A DNA stretch of 32,000 bases, from NCBI RefSeq assembly GCF_000019605.1, contig NC_010482.1:150001-182000 (forward strand), read 5' to 3'. Position 1 is the first letter of the stretch. Each line of letters begins with the position of its first letter. The DNA is from Candidatus Korarchaeum cryptofilum OPF8 (lineage in GTDB: Archaea > Korarchaeota > Korarchaeia > Korarchaeales > Korarchaeaceae). The notes beneath the pieces were generated by a model. The model had not been told where the DNA came from. It made no database searches and worked only from the letters and a program-made list of their open reading frames with translations. The translations under genes and the position numbers were made by a program. This document shows, one piece after another, positions 24,698 to 31,831 of the stretch.

Positions 24698-26251
24698 GTG
24701 CCCTCAGATGAAATTGAAAAAAATGAGGAGCTAACGGAGAAGTTCCTCAGAGAGATTCAGAACATCCGATTCCTATTAGGAGAAAGCCCTATCAGGAATA
24801 TTGACAAAAAAGTTGTTCTAGGGAGGGTTGAAGGATCTTCATGCCCTAGAATAGGTGTTATTGACGAAGGAGATCTTATTATTGTCGATATGAATCTATC
24901 GACTGACGAGATAGATGCTATAATGAAAAGGGAGGCCTTTATCAACTTCTTACCTGAGGTGGACTTCCCTCAGATATACGATCTAGCATGGTTCTACTCA
25001 GGTCACTTGGGCCTCTGGTCCAAGTGCCCCTCGAGAGCTAGGCTGAGGACCTTGCCCATCTACAGATCCCCGGAGGACTTCCTCTCGATAAACCCTAAGA
25101 ATGCGCTAGATGTCATAAGGAGCGTCACGAAATCTCTCATAAGCCTCTGGAAGGAAGGGAGGGAGATCACCCTAAGGAAGTTCCTGGAGCTCTTAATGGC
25201 AGCCAGAGGGTATCCATATATACACATGAGCAAGAAGGAGAAGAGGGTCCTCAGCTCAATATTATATACTTTGATTCATGAGGGGGAGGCGAAAATAGAG
25301 AAACTCTCTATTAAGAGCGGCTTATCTCTAGCCACTGTATCGAGGGCTGTGAGAGAGCTAGTCAACAAGGGCGTAATAGTGGGACCTTACGTACTCTATC
25401 TCTCTAGGCTGGGCTTATCTACATACTTGATGGAGCTTAGAGATCCGGGAGATGAGGAGATAAGATTTCTCGATGAATTCCCGTTCACTTACTCGGCTTT
25501 TATAACTTCGAGCGATACATATTACGTTAACCTACTTATACCTCATCAAATCGAGCTTATATTCAAGAATTTGAGAGGATCAGGCATTAGATTCGGTAAG
25601 AGGGTAGCTTTAAGCTTCGATATGATGCAAGATCCTCTAATAAGCCCGGAGCTCGTCTTAGAGAGGATGATAGATGGCTACTATTCTGCCAAGGAAACCC
25701 CTGAGGAGATGAAGGAACTAACTAGTCCGAGGAAGCCGCTGATACCCTTGGATAAGAAGGATCTCCTCGCGCTCAAGGAGATAGATGAGAGAGGTAGAGT
25801 ATCCAGAGATCAGCTCAGGGGCATGGGTCTACCGAATCCAGCTGAGAGGTTCTCTAAATACAGGAAGGCTGGGATAGTAGTGAAGGGCTACTTCCCTACG
25901 GGCTTAGGGATGGGAGAGGGAATTGTATTTAGGATAGATGTGCCATTTAAGGACTCCCTCAGAGTTAAAGGTGCGTTCTCAAGAGTTTGCTCGGTCATAA
26001 TGTCCTTCACTGAGGGTGATCTCAACGGAGTGACGGGAGTAGCTCTAGTCAATGGGGAGATAATAGGACCTCTAATGAGAGCTGCTAAGATACTCTTCAG
26101 GGAGAGGCTCGAGTTGATGGAACCAGCTATAGCGGCAGGACCATCCAGCTGGCAGGTACCTGTGGATCTATGGAATGAGGAGAAACAGGAGTTTGAGTTC
26201 GATATAAGGAGCTTCATGGAAGTTTTCTCAGATAGGATTAAGGGATCCTAA
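24698..26251 (+). CDS. large regulator-like protein with two Lrp/AsnC-like (wHTH + effector-domain) modules and an unknown N-terminal domain
   Basis: GTG start about 25 nt downstream of ACATTTATATATTC. Module 1: KIEKLSIKSGLSLATVSRAVRELVNKGVIVGPYVLYL...STYLMEL... Module 2: LDKKDLLALKEIDERGRVSRDQLRGMG...YRKAGIVVKGYFP...GIVFRIDV... Both resemble an Lrp/AsnC HTH plus a RAM-like domain. Confidence 0.6.
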   Translation: MPSDEIEKNEELTEKFLREIQNIRFLLGESPIRNIDKKVVLGRVEGSSCPRIGVIDEGDLIIVDMNLSTDEIDAIMKREAFINFLPEVDFPQIYDLAWFYSGHLGLWSKCPSRARLRTLPIYRSPEDFLSINPKNALDVIRSVTKSLISLWKEGREITLRKFLELLMAARGYPYIHMSKKEKRVLSSILYTLIHEGEAKIEKLSIKSGLSLATVSRAVRELVNKGVIVGPYVLYLSRLGLSTYLMELRDPGDEEIRFLDEFPFTYSAFITSSDTYYVNLLIPHQIELIFKNLRGSGIRFGKRVALSFDMMQDPLISPELVLERMIDGYYSAKETPEEMKELTSPRKPLIPLDKKDLLALKEIDERGRVSRDQLRGMGLPNPAERFSKYRKAGIVVKGYFPTGLGMGEGIVFRIDVPFKDSLRVKGAFSRVCSVIMSFTEGDLNGVTGVALVNGEIIGPLMRAAKILFRERLELMEPAIAAGPSSWQVPVDLWNEEKQEFEFDIRSFMEVFSDRIKGS

Positions 26252-27592
26252 GGCACTAATATCCCTACTGATCTCGGATCTCCTCCCGAACCACTTGCCC
26301 ATTATCCCCAATACTTCAGATACTATCCTCCTCTCAGCTTCCTCACTGCTCCCTCCCAAGTGAGGTGTGAGGATGACGTTATCCATATTCCTCAACCTCT
26401 CGAAAGCCTCATCCCCGAAGGGAGGCTCCCTAGGATATACGTCCAAACCTAGCCCTCCGAGTTTACCGGTTTCTAGAGCTTCTAAGGCGACATCTAAGTC
26501 CAGCAGCTCCCCCCTGCCGACGTTGACTAATATAGCTCCGTCCTTCATCATAGCTATCTCCCTCCTGCCTATCAAGCCCCTAGTCTCCTCAGTGAGGGGG
26601 GATGTCAGTACTACGATATCGCTCTCCCTGAGTAACCTCTCCAAGCTCCTTCCTCCCGTCCTATACCTGTCATAGTAATCTACGTGCATCCCTATCCCCT
26701 TTAGCACTTCAGCAACCTCTCTGCCAACTATACCCATGGATATAACCCCAACCCTCCTTCCAGCGAGCTCGAATCCCCTCACTCTCCCCTTAACCCACTC
26801 CAGCCCCCTCATCTTCCTATCTGAGTAAGCTATCCCCCTAGCTAAAGCTAGTATGATGCCCAGAGCGAGCTCAGCTACAGCTCTAGCCCTAACAGGAGCT
26901 CTCTCAACTATTACTGCTCTCCTCTTAGCTTCCTCAATGTCTATATGATCGAGGCCATGCGTCGCAGTTATGATCAGCTTGAGCATAGGCGCTCTAGAGA
27001 AATCATCTGCATCTAATTTCCTATCGGTCCTGATTATGAGGACAGTGGCATCCTCAAGCCTGTTCCAATCCCTGCTAACTTCTCCGTAAGGCTCTAGCTC
27101 CCTATCTAAGTCCTTAGGAATGTTATCAGCCACTAGTATTAGCTCATCGCCAGATGGATTCGTCTGAATCCTGTCCCCGGGGTAATATTGGAAGACTCCT
27201 CTCATGCCAGTGGCTACATCGGATACTATAGCGAGCTCATCCTTCAGCTTCAAATTCAACCTCATGGCAGCATTAACTGCGGACCCGAAGTCATCGTATG
27301 GATTATTGAGCTCAGATAAGTAGCCATTACTGAAAATAGGGGAGGAAGCCAGTGTCAGGTCAGCCCTAGTCAGTTTAGATGCTGTAGGAGCCAAGCCCCA
27401 TCCTACCGCAGCTATATTCCATCCCCTGTAACGCTCGATCCAATCCATTTCCCCTCTGGGCCTAGCTATCTCGTAGAAGTCCTCCTCCCTCAACCCCAGA
27501 AGGAGGTCTGAAAGCTTTTTCAAGCAGGGTTTCCAATAGTAAGAGCAATCATTGCCAAAGGTAGCCACCCCAGAGGCTCGAAAAGTCGACAC
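26228..27592 (-). CDS. D-isomer-specific 2-hydroxyacid dehydrogenase (PGDH/GyaR-like) with a ~150-aa N-terminal extension
   Basis: NAD fold VGVISMGIVGREVAEVL. Catalytic triad context VNVGRGELLD, GLDVYPREP, LTPHLGGSS. The dehydrogenase homology starts near ...DELILVADNIP. The upstream 150 codons are open, with no recognisable domain. The GTG start is uncertain. Confidence 0.8.
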   Translation of the reverse strand: MSTFRASGVATFGNDCSYYWKPCLKKLSDLLLGLREEDFYEIARPRGEMDWIERYRGWNIAAVGWGLAPTASKLTRADLTLASSPIFSNGYLSELNNPYDDFGSAVNAAMRLNLKLKDELAIVSDVATGMRGVFQYYPGDRIQTNPSGDELILVADNIPKDLDRELEPYGEVSRDWNRLEDATVLIIRTDRKLDADDFSRAPMLKLIITATHGLDHIDIEEAKRRAVIVERAPVRARAVAELALGIILALARGIAYSDRKMRGLEWVKGRVRGFELAGRRVGVISMGIVGREVAEVLKGIGMHVDYYDRYRTGGRSLERLLRESDIVVLTSPLTEETRGLIGRREIAMMKDGAILVNVGRGELLDLDVALEALETGKLGGLGLDVYPREPPFGDEAFERLRNMDNVILTPHLGGSSEEAERRIVSEVLGIMGKWFGRRSEISRDISALGSLNPI

Positions 27593-27900
27593 CTCCTAGG
27601 AAGGCCTCATCCAACCTCAGAACGAGGAGCCCTCCCATGCTGACACCTGAGCATTCGGTCCCCCCTATATTTAAATATTCCGTACGGGCTGGAGCGTAGG
27701 GAACACTCACAATTAATAAGCCTCCGCGAACCTTCCGATGAAAATTAAAGAAATGCAGAAGCCACTATAAATCAAAATATTTATATCTATCCTGCGACCT
27801 ACAGAAAAATATTTATCATGTATGAGGAGTCACCTTTTTAAATGGTGGGGTGAGATAACTCGGTGCGACTATGATGTTAGAGTCCCCCTCGAATTGACTG

Positions 27901-28434
27901 TTGAAATTGAGATATCCGAAGATAATACTCTCGATAATTGGATACATCTCAGCTGTAGTCATCTATGGGATCATCTCGCCCTTTCTGCACATAGAGAGGC
28001 TCGGTCACATCGGAGCCTTCCTGGCTGGCATCCTATACGTATACACTCTCACCACAGGCTCGGCGACGTTAATGCTGATAGATCTAGCTAAGGTGAACGG
28101 CCCCATCATAGGAATATCCGCTGGGTTAGGTCTCCTGATAGGGGATTCCTTCGTATTAATCTTAGTGAGGGAAGTCCTGAATGATGAGATCTATCTTCTA
28201 GCCGAGGAGAGGGATGTAAAATCGCTCTTGAGTAGGATACCGGCCTTAATGAGGACAAATCAATTCAAAGTGATCCTCTCATGCATTTTAATAGCTTTGC
28301 CCCTTCCAACTGAACTGGGGGTGGTTCTCCTATCCTCGGTCAAGGACCTACGCAAGGCTGAGCTCTTGGCTCTGATATTATCGTTGCATTTGATCGGTGT
28401 ATTCTCCATAATAATGCTGGCCCAAGCGATCTGA
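27901..28434 (+). CDS. integral membrane protein (about 5 hydrophobic helices), unknown family
   Basis: Hydrophobic segments IILSIIGYISAVVIYGII, IGAFLAGILYVYTL, IIGISAGLGLLIGDSFVLIL, VILSCILIALPLP, LLALILSLHLIGVFSIIMLA. TTG start without a clear RBS, so the start is uncertain. Confidence 0.5.
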   Translation: MKLRYPKIILSIIGYISAVVIYGIISPFLHIERLGHIGAFLAGILYVYTLTTGSATLMLIDLAKVNGPIIGISAGLGLLIGDSFVLILVREVLNDEIYLLAEERDVKSLLSRIPALMRTNQFKVILSCILIALPLPTELGVVLLSSVKDLRKAELLALILSLHLIGVFSIIMLAQAI

Positions 28435-28902
28435 ACGGCTCACGTAGGAGTAGTAATGCCAGAGAGCATTGTACTGAGCCTGGCTCTCCAAGGAGCAGGA
28501 CCTCTTAGAGCTCAGATAGGAGAGGGCATCATCGGGCCTCATCCCCTTGGATATAAGGTAGCAAGCCAGCAAAGTTCCAGTCCTCCCGCAACCAGCGAAG
28601 CAATGGACTAAGACCCTCTCGCCCCTCCTTCCCCTCTCCCTCAGGATCTCAACGATCCTAGCTAGGACCTCTATAGGAGGGGCCTCGAAGTCCTCGACTG
28701 GGAAGAGCAGGTTCTCTATCCCGAGCTCCTCCATACTCTCTCTAACTTCCTCATTGGGCTCCACTAATGAAATCACAGTCCTGAATCCGTTAGCATATAG
28801 CCACTCCACCTCCTCCTTCGAGCTTATGAGGGCGGAGCCGGCGACGAACTCATCTATGAATGAGAAGTTCCTCGGCTTCTTCATCTTAATCACTTTATGC
28901 AT
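28378..28902 (-). CDS. dual-specificity / tyrosine protein phosphatase
   Basis: HCX5R active-site loop VHCFAGCGRTG. Small (174 aa) DSP-like size. The alternative start at Met7 (28884) lies 5 nt after the upstream stop. Confidence 0.8.
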   Translation of the reverse strand: MHKVIKMKKPRNFSFIDEFVAGSALISSKEEVEWLYANGFRTVISLVEPNEEVRESMEELGIENLLFPVEDFEAPPIEVLARIVEILRERGRRGERVLVHCFAGCGRTGTLLACYLISKGMRPDDALSYLSSKRSCSLESQAQYNALWHYYSYVSRSDRLGQHYYGEYTDQMQR

Positions 28903-29327
28903 GAGAGCGGTATATACCTCTCTGAGACCCCCTTAATCCTTCTCAGCTCCCTTTCCAACTTAAGTATCTCCTCGGATTTCGCCCTAACGAAGTTTATATC
29001 CACGCAGCAATCCTCCGAGTGGTGATGGCTCCTCGATATTATGCATTTGCAGTACTTCTCCAGGACCCTCCCCGCATCCTCTGATCCCCTCGAGACGACC
29101 AGAAGTATCCCGGTGCATTCATGCGGGGTGAGTAAATGGGATCTATCCTCTATGCTCTCCTCTATCATCTCCCTTATCAGCGAGGACCTATTCACCATCA
29201 GCTCTCTCGAGAGGGAATCCAGCTTATCTAAGAGATCCTCCGGGATGGATATACCGAACCTCCTCTTCACTATCTCCCCCTCCTGATCGCTAATATGTAG
29301 AATGAGAGCATCAAGAGGCCTATGCAT
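28890..29327 (-). CDS. NikR-family regulator (ribbon-helix-helix + C-terminal metal-binding domain); probable true start GTG at 29270
   Basis: RHH region RRFGISIPEDLLDKLDSLSRELMVNRSSLIREMIEE. The C-terminal domain has the His/Cys cluster KYCKCIISRSHHHSEDCCVDI. GGAGG (29279-29283) lies 8 nt upstream of the in-frame GTG 29270, which shares one base with the permease stop (TAGTG). Confidence 0.75.
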   Translation of the reverse strand: MHRPLDALILHISDQEGEIVKRRFGISIPEDLLDKLDSLSRELMVNRSSLIREMIEESIEDRSHLLTPHECTGILLVVSRGSEDAGRVLEKYCKCIISRSHHHSEDCCVDINFVRAKSEEILKLERELRRIKGVSERYIPLSCIK

Positions 29328-30082
29328 CCGGAAGGGGCTAGGGAAGTCATGATGCTCAGGGCGAGGCCACCCAGACCACCCATTAGGGAAATTATAAAAG
29401 CGTATATCAGGAAGCTCCTATAGCTTCTAGCTATAGATGCGGCGATTACCCCGGGGAGGAGTATCATCACATGCTCTAGAATGAACCCAACTACCCTAAG
29501 CATCCCAACTACACCAATGGCTAGGGAGATTACTGCAATAGCGTCATAAAAGGAGACCTTGACTCCAGATAACTTAGCGAAATCCCTATCAATCCCTATT
29601 AACGCATGCTCCTTCAGGAACGGGATTATCATTATCAGAGTGATTGAGGAGATTATCGTAGTGTAGATCACATCCTCCCACGTGACGAGCAGGGGATCTC
29701 CGACGAGGTACGACCAGACGCTCCCAGCGATAGGGAACTTCGTTAGGATGTAGTAGAGGGATATCGCTGTGAGGGAGACCGTCATCGATAGGAAGATAGC
29801 TGTAGCTACGTCAGTCTTCAGGCCCCTCGATATCATTAAGGAGAAGAGGGAGATAAGGGCCACGCTCATGATGAGGGATCCCACTTGACTAGGGAGGCCC
29901 AGCGTCCTCTCGATTATTATGGAGAGTAGAGCTGATAGTAAGGCTGAATGCGGAAGGGAGCCAGCTAGGAAGAGCATCCTCCTGGAGAGGACCATTGAGC
30001 TCATCACAGCGAATACTATCGATGAGAGGGAGATTACTATAAACCATCTAGGATCAATAAGCTCCATGGTAGTCCACAACAT
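29270..30082 (-). CDS. ABC-3 family metal-ion permease (ZnuB/MntB/TroC-like)
   Basis: 270 aa, about 8 hydrophobic helices, typical ABC-3 length and layout. Overlaps the ATPase gene by 29 nt. Confidence 0.85.
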   Translation of the reverse strand: MLWTTMELIDPRWFIVISLSSIVFAVMSSMVLSRRMLFLAGSLPHSALLSALLSIIIERTLGLPSQVGSLIMSVALISLFSLMISRGLKTDVATAIFLSMTVSLTAISLYYILTKFPIAGSVWSYLVGDPLLVTWEDVIYTTIISSITLIMIIPFLKEHALIGIDRDFAKLSGVKVSFYDAIAVISLAIGVVGMLRVVGFILEHVMILLPGVIAASIARSYRSFLIYAFIISLMGGLGGLALSIMTSLAPSGCIGLLMLSFYILAIRRGR

Positions 30083-30803
30083 GAAGACACCTCTCTACTA
30101 GGATCAAGCTCCTCCCATAAACTTCCCTCATTACTTTCTCATTGAGGACATCCCCGGGAGGGCCTATCGATACTATCCTCTTATTCAGGGCTATCACCTC
30201 CTTCGAGTGATTCGCGAAAAGAGCTGGATCATGGCTGCTCAAGATCAGTAACTTCCCTTTAGATAGATCCAGTATGAGATCTATTATCGTCTCCCTGCCG
30301 GCGGGATCTATGGATGAGATGGGCTCATCCATCATCAGTATCGGTGGATCCGGTGCTAGAGCCCTGGCCAGAAGGACTCGTTGCCTCTGCCCACCGCTGA
30401 GGCTCGAGAATGGGAGATTCAATACTTCCCTCAGCCCTAAGAGATCTATAATCTCCCTGAGACGCTCATATCCTCTAGGGAGCTTTGACCTCAGAGATGA
30501 GGATAGTAGCTCTATGACGCTGATGGGTACGGCCAGATCCTGAGGTCCTATCTGCGGGACATATCCCACGAACTTACCAGCTCTCTCAGGCCTCCCCGTG
30601 ACATCTACTCCGTTTATGAAAACCTTACCATCGATCCTCACGAGCCCCAGCAATGATCTCATGAGGGTGGTCTTTCCAGCTCCATTGGGCCCTATCACTA
30701 ATATCAATCCGGGTCCGCTCAGCTCGAATGACTCCCCATCGAATAGCACTTCATTACCGTAGTGAGCCCTCAGCCCCTCAACCTCTACGCGCATCGTGCA
30801 CAT
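30054..30803 (-). CDS. ABC transporter ATP-binding protein (ZnuC/MntA/TroB-like)
   Basis: Walker A GPNGAGKTT, signature LSGGQRQRV, Walker B ILMMDEP, H-loop SSHD. The start is ATG 30803 or ATG 30794. Confidence 0.9.
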   Translation of the reverse strand: MCTMRVEVEGLRAHYGNEVLFDGESFELSGPGLILVIGPNGAGKTTLMRSLLGLVRIDGKVFINGVDVTGRPERAGKFVGYVPQIGPQDLAVPISVIELLSSSLRSKLPRGYERLREIIDLLGLREVLNLPFSSLSGGQRQRVLLARALAPDPPILMMDEPISSIDPAGRETIIDLILDLSKGKLLILSSHDPALFANHSKEVIALNKRIVSIGPPGDVLNEKVMREVYGRSLILVERCLHVVDYHGAY

Positions 30804-30833
30804 ATATCAGGAAATATTTATAAAGATGTGCAC
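30796..30833. promoter_or_regulatory. inverted repeat GTGCACAT-N22-ATGTGCAC bracketing a shared TATA-like box in the divergent metal-transporter promoter
   Basis: Perfect 8-bp arms at 30796-30803 and 30826-30833. The spacer contains GAAATATTTATAAAG (30811-30825). ATG 30794 (ATPase, minus strand) and ATG 30847 (binding protein, plus strand) each lie about 25-28 nt from the TATA centre. Confidence 0.4.
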
Positions 30834-30846
30834 AAGGTTATGGGCG

Positions 30847-31803
30847 ATGAGGAAGCTAGCGGCTGCATTACTCATCTTGCTCCTACCGGCGCTCCCGCTC
30901 AACTCGGGAAGCGGGGTAAAAATATTAGTCACTTTCAGTAATTTGGCTTACGATGTGAAATTGATATCCTGCCCTACCGATGAAGTCGATTACTTAGTGC
31001 CGCCTGGCTTGGATCCTCATGAATACGAGCTGAGGCCGGGCGATATGGAGAAGCTCAGGGAGGCCGATCTGATAGTATCTACAGCCCATGCACCTTTCGA
31101 GGCCTCAATAAAGGGGATGATATCGAAAGGGGAGCTTAAGGCGAGGCTCCTGGAGATCCCGTGGATAGAGGGGATGAACATACTGAGGAACCCGATGACA
31201 GGTGGCCCGAATTATCATATGCCGATCCTCGATCCTTCGAACTACATCAAGTTCATGAGAGCATTGAGGGATTCTCTGAAGGAGATGAACCCAAGCTGCG
31301 GAGATCAGTACGATGAGAAGTTTGAGGAAATCAGGAGGAAGGTGGATGAGCTCTTGAAGACCCCGAAGCTCAACCTCACTGCGCTGGCATCTGATCCTAG
31401 GGCGCAGTACTATGTAGAATGGCTAGGGATCGAGGTCAAATACCTGCTAGTGAAGGAGGAAGAGACACCGATAACTCCATCAGAGCTAGCGGAGATTTAT
31501 AATAAAGCGAGGAATAAGGAGATAGATCTAATAATAGTAGTGGGGGATGAGAATACTGCTAGCAACAGGAAGGCCATGGAGATCTCGGAGGAATTCGGGA
31601 TAAGGGTCCTGAAGGTGCCCTCACCGACGGAGCAGGGCAGCGTCTTGGATAAGCTGAACGCAATGATCTCATCGCTCGGGGAAGTCGAGGTAGCTCGAGA
31701 GGGAGCTCATGAGACTTACGTATATAATACTTACATTATAGCCGCTTCACTCGTAGCTCTAGCGATACTTGTACTCGCTTACTTGAGGAAAGTTAGGCAA
31801 TGA
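30847..31803 (+). CDS. metal-binding ABC substrate-binding protein (ZnuA/TroA cluster-9 type) with C-terminal membrane anchor
   Basis: The ORF is open from GTG 30796, but MRKLAAALLILLLPALPLNSG (ATG 30847) is a typical signal sequence. Contains GLDPHEYELRP. The C-terminal hydrophobic helix plus basic tail IIAASLVALAILVLAYLRKVRQ is an archaeal-style anchor. Confidence 0.85.
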   Translation: MRKLAAALLILLLPALPLNSGSGVKILVTFSNLAYDVKLISCPTDEVDYLVPPGLDPHEYELRPGDMEKLREADLIVSTAHAPFEASIKGMISKGELKARLLEIPWIEGMNILRNPMTGGPNYHMPILDPSNYIKFMRALRDSLKEMNPSCGDQYDEKFEEIRRKVDELLKTPKLNLTALASDPRAQYYVEWLGIEVKYLLVKEEETPITPSELAEIYNKARNKEIDLIIVVGDENTASNRKAMEISEEFGIRVLKVPSPTEQGSVLDKLNAMISSLGEVEVAREGAHETYVYNTYIIAASLVALAILVLAYLRKVRQ

Positions 31804-31831
31804 TTTTATTGGTCGATCGTTGGGTCAATCG

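Noticed and set aside
27667-27678. 12-bp palindrome ATATTTAAATAT in the 308-bp spacer between the dehydrogenase and the membrane-protein gene.
   Set aside because: It is most simply a symmetric TATA-like or AT-rich promoter element. It lies 80 nt and 225 nt from the flanking starts, so no specific regulatory role can be argued from sequence alone.
27822-28091. An 89-aa ORF starting at ATG 27822 and overlapping the 5' part of the membrane-protein gene.
   Set aside because: The translation (His/Arg/Ser-rich, ...HREARSHRSLPGWHPIRIHSHHRLGD...) is not protein-like. The other frame encodes clean hydrophobic helices. It is kept only as a caveat that the membrane-protein start is uncertain.
17115-30543. 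Remaining short track ORFs: 17115-17357, 18360-18581, 19421-19606, 20343-20546, 20909-21292, 21519-21701, 21690-22004, 23598-23891, 24757-24945, 25888-26217, 26367-26675, 28754-28936, 29041-29286, 29919-30101 and 30274-30543.
   Set aside because: They are shadow or alternative frames inside longer genes with better support. No independent evidence exists for any of them.
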